Assembly (NCBI GenBank): GCA_964544275.1
Contig: CAZIZX010000003.1
Location: forward strand, 43,705-107,704
Origin: an uncultured Gammaproteobacteria bacterium
Lineage (GTDB): Bacteria > Patescibacteriota > Microgenomatia > UBA12405
Reading direction: 5' to 3'
Length of the DNA: 64,000 nt
The translations under genes and the position numbers were made by a program. This document shows, piece by piece, positions 46,240 through 56,219 of the stretch. The first letter of the stretch is position 1; the number at the start of each line of letters is the position of its first letter. Below the pieces are notes generated by a model, which saw only the letters and a list, made by a program, of their open reading frames with translations, had not been told where the DNA came from and searched no databases.

Positions 46240-46927
46240 TTATTTGAATGTTTTTCAATGGTATTGGCTGAATAACCCTTATATACGCCCTTTTGGAACC
46301 TTCCAAGTATGGAATATATTTATTTAAATCCTTTGAAATACTTGTAAAGTGCTCAAAGCTACCGAACGGGGATGGCCAATATATCTCCTTTAGGTTCCTA
46401 CCTAAATGTTGAAACTTAGCTTTCTCAAGAAAAGGCGAGTCTCCATTTACGGAGATAATTTTATTTTCAAAACATAGTTTTTTATTTACCCAGCCTGATA
46501 AATATTTCAATAGATTCTTTTCTTCTTCTGGCAACTCACTTTCGACTGTTAAAAGGTGTGAACAAATCTCTCCAATATTATTAACTAAATATCCGCCTTT
46601 CCACCTGTTAACCATCTGAATAACTTCTTCATATGAAGTTGAAAAGTCAAGACTCTTTTCGTAAAAGTCATTTAATGTTATTCGAAGCACACGACTTAAT
46701 TTTGGGGTACTCGACGTCCATTTTAATTTAAAAATTCTTCCAGTTTTTTCAAGTTTCAAGACTAAGGTAAAAAGATCAAGAAGCCGGCCATGAATTGATT
46801 TGTATGGGTTGTTTTTAGGATTGATTATTCCAGTTGTATTTAGTAGATATTCACTAGACATGGCACGATACAACCTTTTATTCTTAACCTTAGTTTCCCA
46901 ATATTTATACAACTCGTCAGTATTCAT
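46229..46927 (-). CDS. hypothetical protein
   Basis: Intact 232-aa ORF with no recognised motif. Confidence 0.45.
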   Translation of the reverse strand: MNTDELYKYWETKVKNKRLYRAMSSEYLLNTTGIINPKNNPYKSIHGRLLDLFTLVLKLEKTGRIFKLKWTSSTPKLSRVLRITLNDFYEKSLDFSTSYEEVIQMVNRWKGGYLVNNIGEICSHLLTVESELPEEEKNLLKYLSGWVNKKLCFENKIISVNGDSPFLEKAKFQHLGRNLKEIYWPSPFGSFEHFTSISKDLNKYIPYLEGSKRAYIRVIQPIPLKNIQIITP

Positions 46928-46940
46928 ACCTCACCTCAAG

Positions 46941-48743
46941 TTAAATGCTAACTTTTTTAACCAAGTCTTCAATCATTTTATATCCGTCAAGCCAGAATTC
47001 CTCTGAATTTATATTCATACCTAAATCAATTAATAGTTCTTGAGGATTTTTTGAATTACCAGATGATAATACTTTTTCAATTTGTGAAACGATATTTCCC
47101 CGTCTGTTTTTAAATTGAGAATAAATTGAATAAGAAAGTAGTTCGCCAAAGTTATATGCGTAACAATAGAAAGGAACTTCAAACAAATGTCTGATGCAAG
47201 CCCATTCGTATCGGAAAAGTGGGTCAATCTGAACTACTTTACTGTACTGTTCTTTTTGCAAGTCAAAATATATTTGACTTAGAATTTCTGGATCTGTACC
47301 ATCCCTAAGATATTCAAATGCTCTTATTTCGAATTGAACTAAGAATATCTTCTTAATCGTCATAGAGTAGGTATCTGTTAGTTTCTGCGATATTATTGAT
47401 GCTTTAATTACAGGATCTGCCTCCATACTTAAAAGGTGATCAAAGACTATCATCTCGGCTAAGTTGGAGGCTGTTTCAGAAAGTGGCAAACTAGATTCTT
47501 GAATAGACGGATACAAATTTCCAGAATACATTGAATGAATTGCGTGACCTACTTCGTGCGCCAGGGCAAACACATCAGAGACTTTATTGTAATAGTTTAT
47601 AAATACATATGGAGTTACCTTAGGGCTGACAGTTTCGCAAAAGGCACCATATTGTTTATTTGCATGAGGAAGGTAATCTATGTGCTGAGATTCGAATACT
47701 AACTTTCCAAACTCATAAAACTTAGGGCTAAAGCACTGGAATGAGTCTAGAATTAACTCTTTGGCTTGTTTAAAACTAATGGTTGTTTCTTCTTTGTTTA
47801 CCGAGGCATGGGTATCAAAACGACTTAATTTATTTAATCCCAACTGTTCTGCTTTATATTCAAAAAGAGGATTAAAAATCTCCTTCTTTTGATAAGCTAG
47901 TTTTAATAACAAATTCACAGTATCTCCAGAAATATCATTATCGAAATTGCGAACCGAAATAGGACTGTTATAACCCCTTAGTTCTGATTCTCTAGTCCAA
48001 TCTTTTACTAGTGATTGATAAACGAGAAAATGTTTATTAATATCGTTTCTATATTTTGTCAACATATGTTTATAAGCCTGATCCCTTAATTGACGGTTGG
48101 AGTCATACGTATAAGACATCAAGTCTGACTGTGATAGGGTTTTTATAGTATTTTTATCAATCTTAAGTTTAAATCTATAATCATTAATCAACTGATTCCT
48201 TAGCTCAAGCAACGAGTTTAGTCCTATTTCATCTTTATGTTCGATAATACTTTCTTCTTTATTGCTAAGTCTATGTTCATAAGCTTCTTTCTTATGATTT
48301 ATAAAATACTTACAAGTTGGGATTGATTTTAAAAGTCTATTGTAATTTTCTAGGTCTAGGGTAGGTTTGTTTTTTATGCTTATTCCAGTTAGCCATTTAT
48401 CAATATCACCTATCTGTTCGTTTACATAAATGATCAACTCGTTTGCTTTATACCTTAGTTTTTTTAACGTTAGATCGTTCTGATCAACACAAATACCCAA
48501 ATCTATTCTGCTAATTAATTTCTTTGAATCACTTGTTACTTCTTCTTTAGATTCAAAAAATTTAACAAAGTCTTCTGTCGACACTTCCGGAGTAATCTTT
48601 ACCCATGTGGAAAGCAGGTTTTCAAGTTTGGTTTTTAATTCATGACACAAAGTGTCAAACTTATCCAATGGATAGATATCATCTAAGTTCCACTTACCAA
48701 TTTTTATTCCCTGTTTCTTAGATATCTTGGGCATTTTGCTCAA
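46941..48743 (-). CDS. pepF: M3-family oligoendopeptidase F
   Basis: HEXXH in LAHEVGHAIHS. Length and motif spacing are typical of M3B PepF. Confidence 0.8.
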   Translation of the reverse strand: MSKMPKISKKQGIKIGKWNLDDIYPLDKFDTLCHELKTKLENLLSTWVKITPEVSTEDFVKFFESKEEVTSDSKKLISRIDLGICVDQNDLTLKKLRYKANELIIYVNEQIGDIDKWLTGISIKNKPTLDLENYNRLLKSIPTCKYFINHKKEAYEHRLSNKEESIIEHKDEIGLNSLLELRNQLINDYRFKLKIDKNTIKTLSQSDLMSYTYDSNRQLRDQAYKHMLTKYRNDINKHFLVYQSLVKDWTRESELRGYNSPISVRNFDNDISGDTVNLLLKLAYQKKEIFNPLFEYKAEQLGLNKLSRFDTHASVNKEETTISFKQAKELILDSFQCFSPKFYEFGKLVFESQHIDYLPHANKQYGAFCETVSPKVTPYVFINYYNKVSDVFALAHEVGHAIHSMYSGNLYPSIQESSLPLSETASNLAEMIVFDHLLSMEADPVIKASIISQKLTDTYSMTIKKIFLVQFEIRAFEYLRDGTDPEILSQIYFDLQKEQYSKVVQIDPLFRYEWACIRHLFEVPFYCYAYNFGELLSYSIYSQFKNRRGNIVSQIEKVLSSGNSKNPQELLIDLGMNINSEEFWLDGYKMIEDLVKKVSI

Positions 48744-49383
48744 TAAATATTAATTCGGTAGTTTTAGTTAAATTCTTAAATCTTTTTTCAGCTATCGCTT
48801 TCACTTCTGGAAAATAGAATTTAGAGAAATTGGCTTCATATTTTGATTTTCCTTCTTCCCCTTCCCAGAATTCTTTTAGTCCTTCGACATTCTTCTTATG
48901 ATAATTGGCGTGGGTAATAGAACACCACAGATGCAGAACTCCATAATGATCTAATCTATCAGCATCTTTAATTATTTTTGACTCGATTAGGGTAGGAGTA
49001 ATCTTACTTTCCTGCTCAGATATTATTAAACAAATTAGGTCAATTAGTTCTTTATCTTTAATATATTTTTCTAAATATTTTGGTGCGATTTTGGCACCAA
49101 GTGCGTCGTGGCTAATGCCGCCATAATTGTCATAAACTAATTGTCCATTTTCATCAACTGCTTCTATTTTGCCAATATCATGAAACAAAGCGGCGATTAA
49201 TAAGGCATCAATGTTCACATTTTCTTCTTTAAATCTTGGATACTTAGCAATCTTCTGACAGTAATTCATTACTCGTAATCCGTGATTTAATCGAAATCCA
49301 TATCCACCGCCAAATTCCCAAACATTTTCAAAAATTTGTTTGTATTCAGCAATTAACAAGTTTAATAATTCCTTATTTTCCAT
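48718..49383 (-). CDS. HD-domain phosphohydrolase
   Basis: HD motif in AALFHDIGK and a downstream Asp (IKDADRLD). Confidence 0.7.
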   Translation of the reverse strand: MENKELLNLLIAEYKQIFENVWEFGGGYGFRLNHGLRVMNYCQKIAKYPRFKEENVNIDALLIAALFHDIGKIEAVDENGQLVYDNYGGISHDALGAKIAPKYLEKYIKDKELIDLICLIISEQESKITPTLIESKIIKDADRLDHYGVLHLWCSITHANYHKKNVEGLKEFWEGEEGKSKYEANFSKFYFPEVKAIAEKRFKNLTKTTELIFIEQNAQDI

Positions 49384-49399
49384 ATGTTAAGATCATATC

Positions 49400-50014
49400 A
49401 TGAAAATCTATTTTGTCCGACACGGTTCTACCGATTCTTTGGAGAAAAAGATTAGCCAGCCAAACGATGAACCGCTTAATGAAAGAGGAATTGGCCAAGC
49501 TAAAGAATTAGGGACAAGGTTTACAAAAACACAGTTGGATTTAATTATTTCGAGTCCCCATCTTCGGGCCGTTCAAACAGCTAAAGTCATAAATGAGAAA
49601 ATTCTAGTTAGTGAGTTATTCGCTGAAGTCAGAAAGCCTAAAGAGGCAATTGGCCAATCAAAAGAAACCGAAGAAATTAAAGCAATATTTAGAAAAATTG
49701 GTGAAATGTATACAATTGATCCAACTTGGCATTATTCGGATGAAGAGAACTTTGAAGATTTGAAAAGGCGTGGATTGCAGGCGTTAGAGTTTTTGAAGTC
49801 ACAGGACAAGGAAAATATTCTAGTTGTTTCACATGCTAATTTTATTGCCTTATTAGCTGGGCTGATGTTGTTTGGAGAGAATTTTCCTGTTGAAGTATCG
49901 CTCAAATTAAAGAATTTTTTGAGATTAAGTAATACAGGTGTCTGTATTTTTACTTATGAGGATGAGAGATGGAAGCTACAGTGCTGGAACGACACTTCGC
50001 ATTGTCTGGAATAA
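49400..50014 (+). CDS. histidine phosphatase (phosphoglycerate mutase-like) family protein
   Basis: RHG catalytic motif in YFVRHGST and SH in VVSHANF. Confidence 0.7.
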   Translation: MKIYFVRHGSTDSLEKKISQPNDEPLNERGIGQAKELGTRFTKTQLDLIISSPHLRAVQTAKVINEKILVSELFAEVRKPKEAIGQSKETEEIKAIFRKIGEMYTIDPTWHYSDEENFEDLKRRGLQALEFLKSQDKENILVVSHANFIALLAGLMLFGENFPVEVSLKLKNFLRLSNTGVCIFTYEDERWKLQCWNDTSHCLE

Positions 50015-50503
50015 TCAAGTTTTAGCGATCAAACTGTCAACATTGTTCAGTAATTGATCATCGGAAGTTAAAACAAAAACATTTTCATCTACAGATGGTT
50101 CCTCAATCTGACTTTTAAATTTGTCATAAGTTTCTGGAGAGCAGGAGTTTTGTCTTTTTGAAATCCTATCCAGTGCCGTTTTGTCGTCTGTTTTAAGGTA
50201 AATTAGAACCAATTTGTCACATTTTACTTCATCATAAATTTGTTGACGAAACATCTGTTTTAAATTAGTACCATCAATTACTACCGATTTCCCTTGTGAT
50301 AATAACTCGGAGGCTTTTTGACGGATTATTTTATAAACCTGGACATACTCTTTACCAGAAACTTTTTCGGTCCCAAACAACTGGGTGGTTATTTCTTCGC
50401 CAGACAGAATCACGAAGCCATATTTTTGCCTAAGATACTCGGATACATATGATTTACCAGTCCCAGGCAAACCCATAAGAACAATCAAAGTCGGAGTACT
50501 CAT
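50015..50503 (-). CDS. P-loop kinase (AAA_33/zeta-toxin-like nucleotide kinase fold)
   Basis: Walker A MGLPGTGKSY, a small single-domain protein. Confidence 0.6.
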   Translation of the reverse strand: MSTPTLIVLMGLPGTGKSYVSEYLRQKYGFVILSGEEITTQLFGTEKVSGKEYVQVYKIIRQKASELLSQGKSVVIDGTNLKQMFRQQIYDEVKCDKLVLIYLKTDDKTALDRISKRQNSCSPETYDKFKSQIEEPSVDENVFVLTSDDQLLNNVDSLIAKT

Positions 50504-51040
50504 TTAAAGAAGATTTAAATAATCTAATCCCAAAAAACCAACTTCAACATCCGTCATTTGGCCACTTCGTAATATCTTTTTGAATTCTTCAAGAGGAATC
50601 AAAACCAATTCAGTAAATTCATTCTTACCGTTCTCAATCTCTTTTACCTTTTTACAGTTTGTAGCCACAAAACAGTATCTTTCCATTGTGGAATAAGCAT
50701 CGTCAAGGCAAGTAGTTATTAATTTGATGTCACCTTCATAACCAGTTTCTTCTAACAATTCTCTTTTCATTGTGACGTCGGGAGCTTCGTTTGGATCAAC
50801 GAAACCTCCGGGTAATTCCATTAAGACTTTCTTGGGACCCGGTCGATATTGTTTGGCAATAACTACTTGATTGTCTGGTGTTAGAGCGAGAACGCTGGCT
50901 GCCGGACCTTCTTTTTTGATATAAAAATCAGTTTCTTCACCATTGGGTAACTTAAAAATAACTTTTTCAATTTTTCGAGAATATTTTCTAAAAGCCTCTT
51001 CTCGGGATAACTCTTGCCAGTCTTGGGGACTATTTGTCAT
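50504..51040 (-). CDS. NUDIX hydrolase
   Basis: Nudix box GGFVDPNEAPDVTMKRELLEETG. Confidence 0.75.
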   Translation of the reverse strand: MTNSPQDWQELSREEAFRKYSRKIEKVIFKLPNGEETDFYIKKEGPAASVLALTPDNQVVIAKQYRPGPKKVLMELPGGFVDPNEAPDVTMKRELLEETGYEGDIKLITTCLDDAYSTMERYCFVATNCKKVKEIENGKNEFTELVLIPLEEFKKILRSGQMTDVEVGFLGLDYLNLL

Positions 51041-51557
51041 ATAAATTTTTTACAATATTAACCAATTGCTCAAAATCCTCATAATCATGGGTACTATTAC
51101 CAGCGTTTTTAAATAGATGATAATCACTTGGACTATTGATGGCTAATACTTCTGATAATTCCTCAAAACCATAAACAGGATCGAACTCATTTTGAATAAA
51201 TGTTGTTGGCACTTTAAGTGTTTTTAAACATTCGTCAATTTCCTTAAATTCTTCTTTTCCGGCTCGATAAGGTAAGCCACAAATCACCATTTTCTTTGGA
51301 TTCAGAGTACCTTCGTAGATATTTTTCAACGCTAAAACTGAGCCAATTGATTTGGCGAACACAAAATAATCTTTTTTATCTTTTACCAATTCTGTCAATT
51401 TTTCTGATTCTTTTTCTAAATTTATCCATTTCTCTCCTGTTTGCCAGTGGTCGTAATACAGAATATCGCCAGTGGAAAATGAATCGAAATTGGATTTAAC
51501 TTTTTCAATCCAAGTTTTATTGTTGAGACTATTGCCAGCTAAATAAATGATGTGCAT
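51030..51557 (-). CDS. hypothetical protein (possible small alpha/beta-fold hydrolase)
   Basis: Intact 175-aa ORF. The fold assignment is weak. Confidence 0.35.
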   Translation of the reverse strand: MHIIYLAGNSLNNKTWIEKVKSNFDSFSTGDILYYDHWQTGEKWINLEKESEKLTELVKDKKDYFVFAKSIGSVLALKNIYEGTLNPKKMVICGLPYRAGKEEFKEIDECLKTLKVPTTFIQNEFDPVYGFEELSEVLAINSPSDYHLFKNAGNSTHDYEDFEQLVNIVKNLYDK

Positions 51558-51558
51558 A

Positions 51559-52137
51559 TTAAAATTTACTTTTTGTTAAGTTCTCGGCCAATTCTCTTGT
51601 ATATAGTTGATGAATATTCTGATTTTCCCAATCAATCGCTTGTCGATATTGTTCTTGAGTATATGGAGTTAATTCAAAATCTTTGGCTATAGCGTCAACA
51701 TCAGAATTCTCCTTACCTTCTATTTCAAAAGTAAAATAGTCATCGGTATATTTTGATAATTTAATCTCAACACCTCGATAATTGAATTCCCAGCTTTCCC
51801 AACTGTAAATCATGCCACTTTGATACCCGAGTGCCTCCAAGAAATCGAGAGCGCTAAGGAATTGTCCCGTTTGGAGTTTGACTTCAACCTCTTTTCTTTC
51901 TTTTTCGTGAAAACTACCCATTTTTACCGACAACTTTTCTTTTTCATCACTTTTCTTTAGCCTGATGTCAGTGCCACTAATGTTTTTCCAAGTTTTAGTA
52001 GTTGGATCGAAGCCTGGAGACAAGTCGATTGACAGACGATGATAATGGTCAGCCAGTTCTCCACTGTCTTGGAGTATCTTAAACAATTCTTCAAATTTGC
52101 CTTTCGATAATTTACCTCGAATTTCAATTTCGGTCAT
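51559..52137 (-). CDS. CYTH-domain (triphosphate tunnel metalloenzyme) protein
   Basis: N-terminal EIEIRGKL (ExExK) signature and downstream acidic and basic tunnel residues. Confidence 0.6.
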   Translation of the reverse strand: MTEIEIRGKLSKGKFEELFKILQDSGELADHYHRLSIDLSPGFDPTTKTWKNISGTDIRLKKSDEKEKLSVKMGSFHEKERKEVEVKLQTGQFLSALDFLEALGYQSGMIYSWESWEFNYRGVEIKLSKYTDDYFTFEIEGKENSDVDAIAKDFELTPYTQEQYRQAIDWENQNIHQLYTRELAENLTKSKF

Positions 52138-52175
52138 ATTTATAGGTCAATTATATACCAATGATTGGGTTATAA

Positions 52176-52658
52176 TTGATTATGAAAGTTGAACTTGAAT
52201 TAATAAATATAAAGGATAAAAACATTTTGAAAGAAATGTTGTGGGAATATGAAAGAGAAATGGTCGGCAACAAAGCTAAGGAATATAAATATTTAGATGC
52301 TTATTTTGAAAAATCAAACCGGTTCCCTTATTTTATAAAAGCAGATGATGAAATTGCCGGATTTGCCCTGGTAAACGAACATACTTTAGTTGAACCAGGA
52401 GCTAAAAATTTGTCAGAATTTTATATCAAACCTGAATTTCGTAGTTTTGGTATTGGTAAAAAAGCGGCTTTTTTGGTTTGGGATTTATTCCCCGGAAAAT
52501 GGGAAGGTCGACAAATTAAAGAAAACCCCAAAGCTCATTCTTTTTGGCTAAAGGTTAAAGGGGAATATACTAAAAATAATTTTAAAGAAGTCGAAATGAA
52601 TAACGAAAAATGGAATGGCTGGATACAGACTTTTGATAATAGTTTGGGCTTAAAATGA
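52176..52658 (+). CDS. GNAT-family N-acetyltransferase
   Basis: GNAT motif A-like region (LSEFYIKPEFRSFGIGKKA). Confidence 0.6.
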   Translation: MIMKVELELINIKDKNILKEMLWEYEREMVGNKAKEYKYLDAYFEKSNRFPYFIKADDEIAGFALVNEHTLVEPGAKNLSEFYIKPEFRSFGIGKKAAFLVWDLFPGKWEGRQIKENPKAHSFWLKVKGEYTKNNFKEVEMNNEKWNGWIQTFDNSLGLK

Positions 52659-53125
52659 GTCGTGATAATTTGACTTACAGGCAAAGCACTAGCGCTGTAA
52701 TTCTGGACAAGTCAGGGAGGATTTTGGTTGTTCAAAAAAGCAGCTATAAAGATAATGAATGGGATGTTCCGGGCGGAGGAATTGAAGAGGGAGAAAAGCC
52801 GGAAGTAGCTATAGTTAGAGAATTAAGTGAAGAATTAGGTAGCGATAAATTTGAAGTGATTAAAACCAGCAAGCAAACAGATCGTTATGAATGGCCGGAT
52901 GATGTGATAAATAAAAGAATATTAGAAAAGAAGCAGTTTTTCAGGGGTCAAGAAAGAACTCAATTCCTAGTTAAATTTACAGGTGAAGAAAATGAGATAA
53001 AGACGCAAAAAGAAGAGATTAGAGAAGTTAAGTGGGTATTTCCCGATGAACTTCCAGCGTATTTTGTCTTTCCGCACCAAATGGAAAAAATGAAAGTATT
53101 ATTAAAAGAATTTGGAATAGAATGA
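52655..53125 (+). CDS. NUDIX hydrolase
   Basis: Nudix box GGGIEEGEKPEVAIVRELSEELG. Confidence 0.75.
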   Translation: MSRDNLTYRQSTSAVILDKSGRILVVQKSSYKDNEWDVPGGGIEEGEKPEVAIVRELSEELGSDKFEVIKTSKQTDRYEWPDDVINKRILEKKQFFRGQERTQFLVKFTGEENEIKTQKEEIREVKWVFPDELPAYFVFPHQMEKMKVLLKEFGIE

Positions 53126-53601
53126 AACCAAAAGACGGGGCGAAAATCATTATCCTAAGTCCAGATAAGATTTTGTTGTTTCATCGGGACAACATTTCGA
53201 CTATCCGTTCACCTGATTGCTGGCAATTAGTTGGAGGTGGAATTGAGGAGGGTGAGACTCCGGAACAGGGTTTGATTCGTGAAGTCAAAGAAGAAGTCGG
53301 TTACGATCTTAAGGAATTTAAATTAATAACTAAAACCAAAGGATCGCAGGGAGAAGACGTTTGGGTGTATGTTGCTTTTGTTGACAAAAATGAAGAATGT
53401 AAATTTATTCTTGGTCCAGATGAAGGTCAAGGAATTGGCTGGTTTACTATCGATGAAGCGTTAGCCATCAAACTTACTCCCGGAACCCGGATTTTATTGT
53501 CCAAATATCGAGATTTAATTGAAGAAATGATGAAGACAAAATCAGTCCCAAGTATTGAAAAACTTGATTTAATACCGAAGAAATTTGATGTAGTTAACTA
53601 G
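53122..53601 (+). CDS. NUDIX hydrolase (tandem paralog)
   Basis: Nudix box GGGIEEGETPEQGLIREVKEEVG. Confidence 0.75.
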   Translation: MKPKDGAKIIILSPDKILLFHRDNISTIRSPDCWQLVGGGIEEGETPEQGLIREVKEEVGYDLKEFKLITKTKGSQGEDVWVYVAFVDKNEECKFILGPDEGQGIGWFTIDEALAIKLTPGTRILLSKYRDLIEEMMKTKSVPSIEKLDLIPKKFDVVN

Positions 53602-53644
53602 TCAAATCTGTTGAGTATCAGAATAGTACATACGGTATCACTAT

Positions 53645-53788
53645 TTTTGAGACTCTCCTTTTTTATAGTGTCTTATTTGTCTCATTTAGCTTCGAAACTT
53701 TGGTAAAATGAGACAGTGGGGAAGAGGGTGTTATAGGGACAGAAAGGTTCCAGACCCTAATGCTCCGCCACCTCGCTCCCACTTTAGC
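53645..53788 (+). promoter_or_regulatory. Conserved ~110-nt leader/promoter element (copy B) with perfect 10-bp dyad tgtctcattt(N22)aaatgagaca
   Basis: Aligns at about 85% identity to the reverse complement of 236-345. The dyad is seen directly. Ends about 40 nt upstream of the 53797 ATG. Confidence 0.5.
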
Positions 53789-53796
53789 TCTTTCCC

Positions 53797-54378
53797 TTGC
53801 TAAAATCTCTTATGGCAACCATCTACCTTTTTCGTCATGGTCAATCTGAATTTAACCTAAGCAAAACTTTTACCGGCTGGCTGGACGCCAAACTTACTCC
53901 TTTAGGCATTGATCAAGCTAAAGCCTTGGGTAAAATGCTTCGGGACAAACAAATCAATCTAGCCGTTCAAACTCGTCTTTCCCGTTCCTCCGATACCCTG
54001 AAATATGTCCTGGAATACCATCCCGAATGTCAACAAATCATTACCGACGATCGCATAATCGAACGGTCCTATGGTGATTTAGCCGGCCATGCCCATCAGG
54101 AGATTTTAGATAAATACGGCCCACAACAATTCGAAAAGTGGCACCGGGGCTGGGATGACCGGCCTCCCGGTGGCGAAAGTTTTGCCGATGTCGAAATTAG
54201 GGTAGGGGAATTTATAAACGATTTAAAATCAAAATATAATCAAAAAAATCTCGGCATCGCTATTTCTGCCCACGGCAACTCTATCAGATTATTCCGAAAA
54301 ATCATGGAAAACGCCAGTGTTAAAGACACCTGTTCCTGGACCATTCCTTATGACCAATATTTCCAGTACACTATCTAA
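53797..54378 (+). CDS. 2,3-bisphosphoglycerate-dependent phosphoglycerate mutase-like histidine phosphatase
   Basis: LFRHGQSEFNLSKTFTGWLDAKLTPLGIDQA is typical of the dPGM family N-terminus. Confidence 0.7.
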   Translation: MLKSLMATIYLFRHGQSEFNLSKTFTGWLDAKLTPLGIDQAKALGKMLRDKQINLAVQTRLSRSSDTLKYVLEYHPECQQIITDDRIIERSYGDLAGHAHQEILDKYGPQQFEKWHRGWDDRPPGGESFADVEIRVGEFINDLKSKYNQKNLGIAISAHGNSIRLFRKIMENASVKDTCSWTIPYDQYFQYTI

Positions 54379-55825
54379 AATCTCCAATCTGATCAAAAAA
54401 AACATACTCTTGATCTTGATTATTTTAGCTTTCATACCGATTCACTCCTACCGCCTCCTGGAAATACCCATGGGTCTGACTGTCGACGAAGCCGCTTTTG
54501 GCTACAACGCCACCCTCCTTTCTCGTACTCTCCACGACGAAAACAATCGCTTTTTACCCTTTTTCGTTCTCTCTATTAACGGTCGCGATTGGCGTCAACC
54601 GGTCACTCAATATTATCTCACCGCTTTTTTTAAACTTTTTGGCGCTTCGGTTTACAACCTTAGGATCAGTAGTATTTTAGTGACCCTTGTTACAGCCGTC
54701 TTGCTTTACTTTCTGACTTATCATCTACTCAAATCCAAGGCCTTATCTATCTTTGCTGTTGTCTTGTTTTTAGTTACACCCATAGTTTTTATCCAGTCCC
54801 GCTTGGGTCTGGATAATCACATGACCGTTCCTTTCACCATAATCTGGTTGCTGTCTTTGTATAAGCATGCTCAGGCAAAAAATATCAAATGGTTGCTTCT
54901 TTCAGCCGTTTCTCTGGGTATTTCTTTTTATACCTACAAAGGTATGCGGGCTGTTGTTCCCGTTTGGTCACTTGCCAGTGTTTATTATCTCCTCAAAAAA
55001 ACTAACCTCAAAAGTGTCGTCATATTTTCTTTAACCATTTTTCCCTTTTTTGCCATAATTCCTCTTCTGGAATTAAAATACGCCGGGGCTGTTTTCAACA
55101 ACCATGGGGCCAAACCCATGGCTTATTATGATTTTTTGTACCCCTACCTCTCCTCGTTTGACCCTGGTTTTCTCTTCATAAAAGGCGATGCCACTCCCTA
55201 CCATTCCACCGGCAAACACGGTATGGTTTTACTTCTGTCACTACCTCTCTTTTTAGCCGGTATTTACGCTGCTCTTAGAAAAAATTTCAACCTCAAATTT
55301 TTAATAATCGTCTTTTTCTCTGCTCCGCTACTTATGGGGATGGTCGACTCAGTCCATCGGGCCAGCCGGTTAATGTGCATCCTACCCGCCTTTGCTATCT
55401 TCGCCGCCTTGGGCTTACACCACTTAACAACCACATCTTCAGGTAAATACAAAAAATTGGTTTTACTCCTGCTCATTCTACTGATGGCCAACTTTTCCGA
55501 TTTCTATCGCTACTACTTTAAAGATTACGGTCCAACAACTCAAAGTTTCGTCGGCCGGCTAGATTATTATTCCTCTTATCAGTCACTTAAAGATGAATCC
55601 GAACAAAGAAATTTAAAACCATTTCTGCCTCATACCCTGACTAATCAGCACGGCGAAACCGGAAAATTCTATGAGTCAATTTACTTTACCCACCAAATAG
55701 GCAGGATCGATAATGAAGAAAATTTAAGTCCTGGCTCTATTGTCCTTTCTCTTCGCCAAGATGTACCGGGTCTGACTAAGATCCTTTGTGACAATAATAA
55801 TTATTGTCTCCATGCCAAATATTAG
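54350..55825 (+). CDS. polytopic membrane glycosyltransferase (GT39/ArnT/PMT-like)
   Basis: More than 10 predicted TM helices and an extracytoplasmic loop motif (LTVDEAAFGYNA). Start moved to MTNISS to reduce overlap with the upstream gene. Confidence 0.5.
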   Translation: MTNISSTLSKISNLIKKNILLILIILAFIPIHSYRLLEIPMGLTVDEAAFGYNATLLSRTLHDENNRFLPFFVLSINGRDWRQPVTQYYLTAFFKLFGASVYNLRISSILVTLVTAVLLYFLTYHLLKSKALSIFAVVLFLVTPIVFIQSRLGLDNHMTVPFTIIWLLSLYKHAQAKNIKWLLLSAVSLGISFYTYKGMRAVVPVWSLASVYYLLKKTNLKSVVIFSLTIFPFFAIIPLLELKYAGAVFNNHGAKPMAYYDFLYPYLSSFDPGFLFIKGDATPYHSTGKHGMVLLLSLPLFLAGIYAALRKNFNLKFLIIVFFSAPLLMGMVDSVHRASRLMCILPAFAIFAALGLHHLTTTSSGKYKKLVLLLLILLMANFSDFYRYYFKDYGPTTQSFVGRLDYYSSYQSLKDESEQRNLKPFLPHTLTNQHGETGKFYESIYFTHQIGRIDNEENLSPGSIVLSLRQDVPGLTKILCDNNNYCLHAKY

Positions 55826-55841
55826 CCCGACATTCTTCTAT

Positions 55842-56219
55842 TTATACAGACACAAAATCAATATTCGGATATCGCTCACCTAAAATTTCCAGTGTTTCAT
55901 TCCTCACCCTTGGCAACAAATCTTCTTCAGGCATTTTAAAGGTGGTCGACTCTCCTCCAATCATACATTGACCATCGATCCTCATCACAAAACCCATGTC
56001 TGTTTCCTCAACTTGATTTTTCAATCTTTCTTTTATCTGTTCTTCCGTAAAATCATCTCCCAAAATATCCTCTATTAATTCTCTATGGCGTATATCTACA
56101 TCCTCAGCCACCCTAACTTCATTCCCGATCCTTACAAAACGAAGACCCTGCATTTCTTTTTCACAAAAATTCGACATGACCCATATTTTACTATGGTTAC
56201 TCTCCCATTTCCTCCTCAA
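55842..56219 (-). CDS. hypothetical protein
   Basis: Intact 125-aa ORF downstream of eno. Confidence 0.4.
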   Translation of the reverse strand: MRRKWESNHSKIWVMSNFCEKEMQGLRFVRIGNEVRVAEDVDIRHRELIEDILGDDFTEEQIKERLKNQVEETDMGFVMRIDGQCMIGGESTTFKMPEEDLLPRVRNETLEILGERYPNIDFVSV

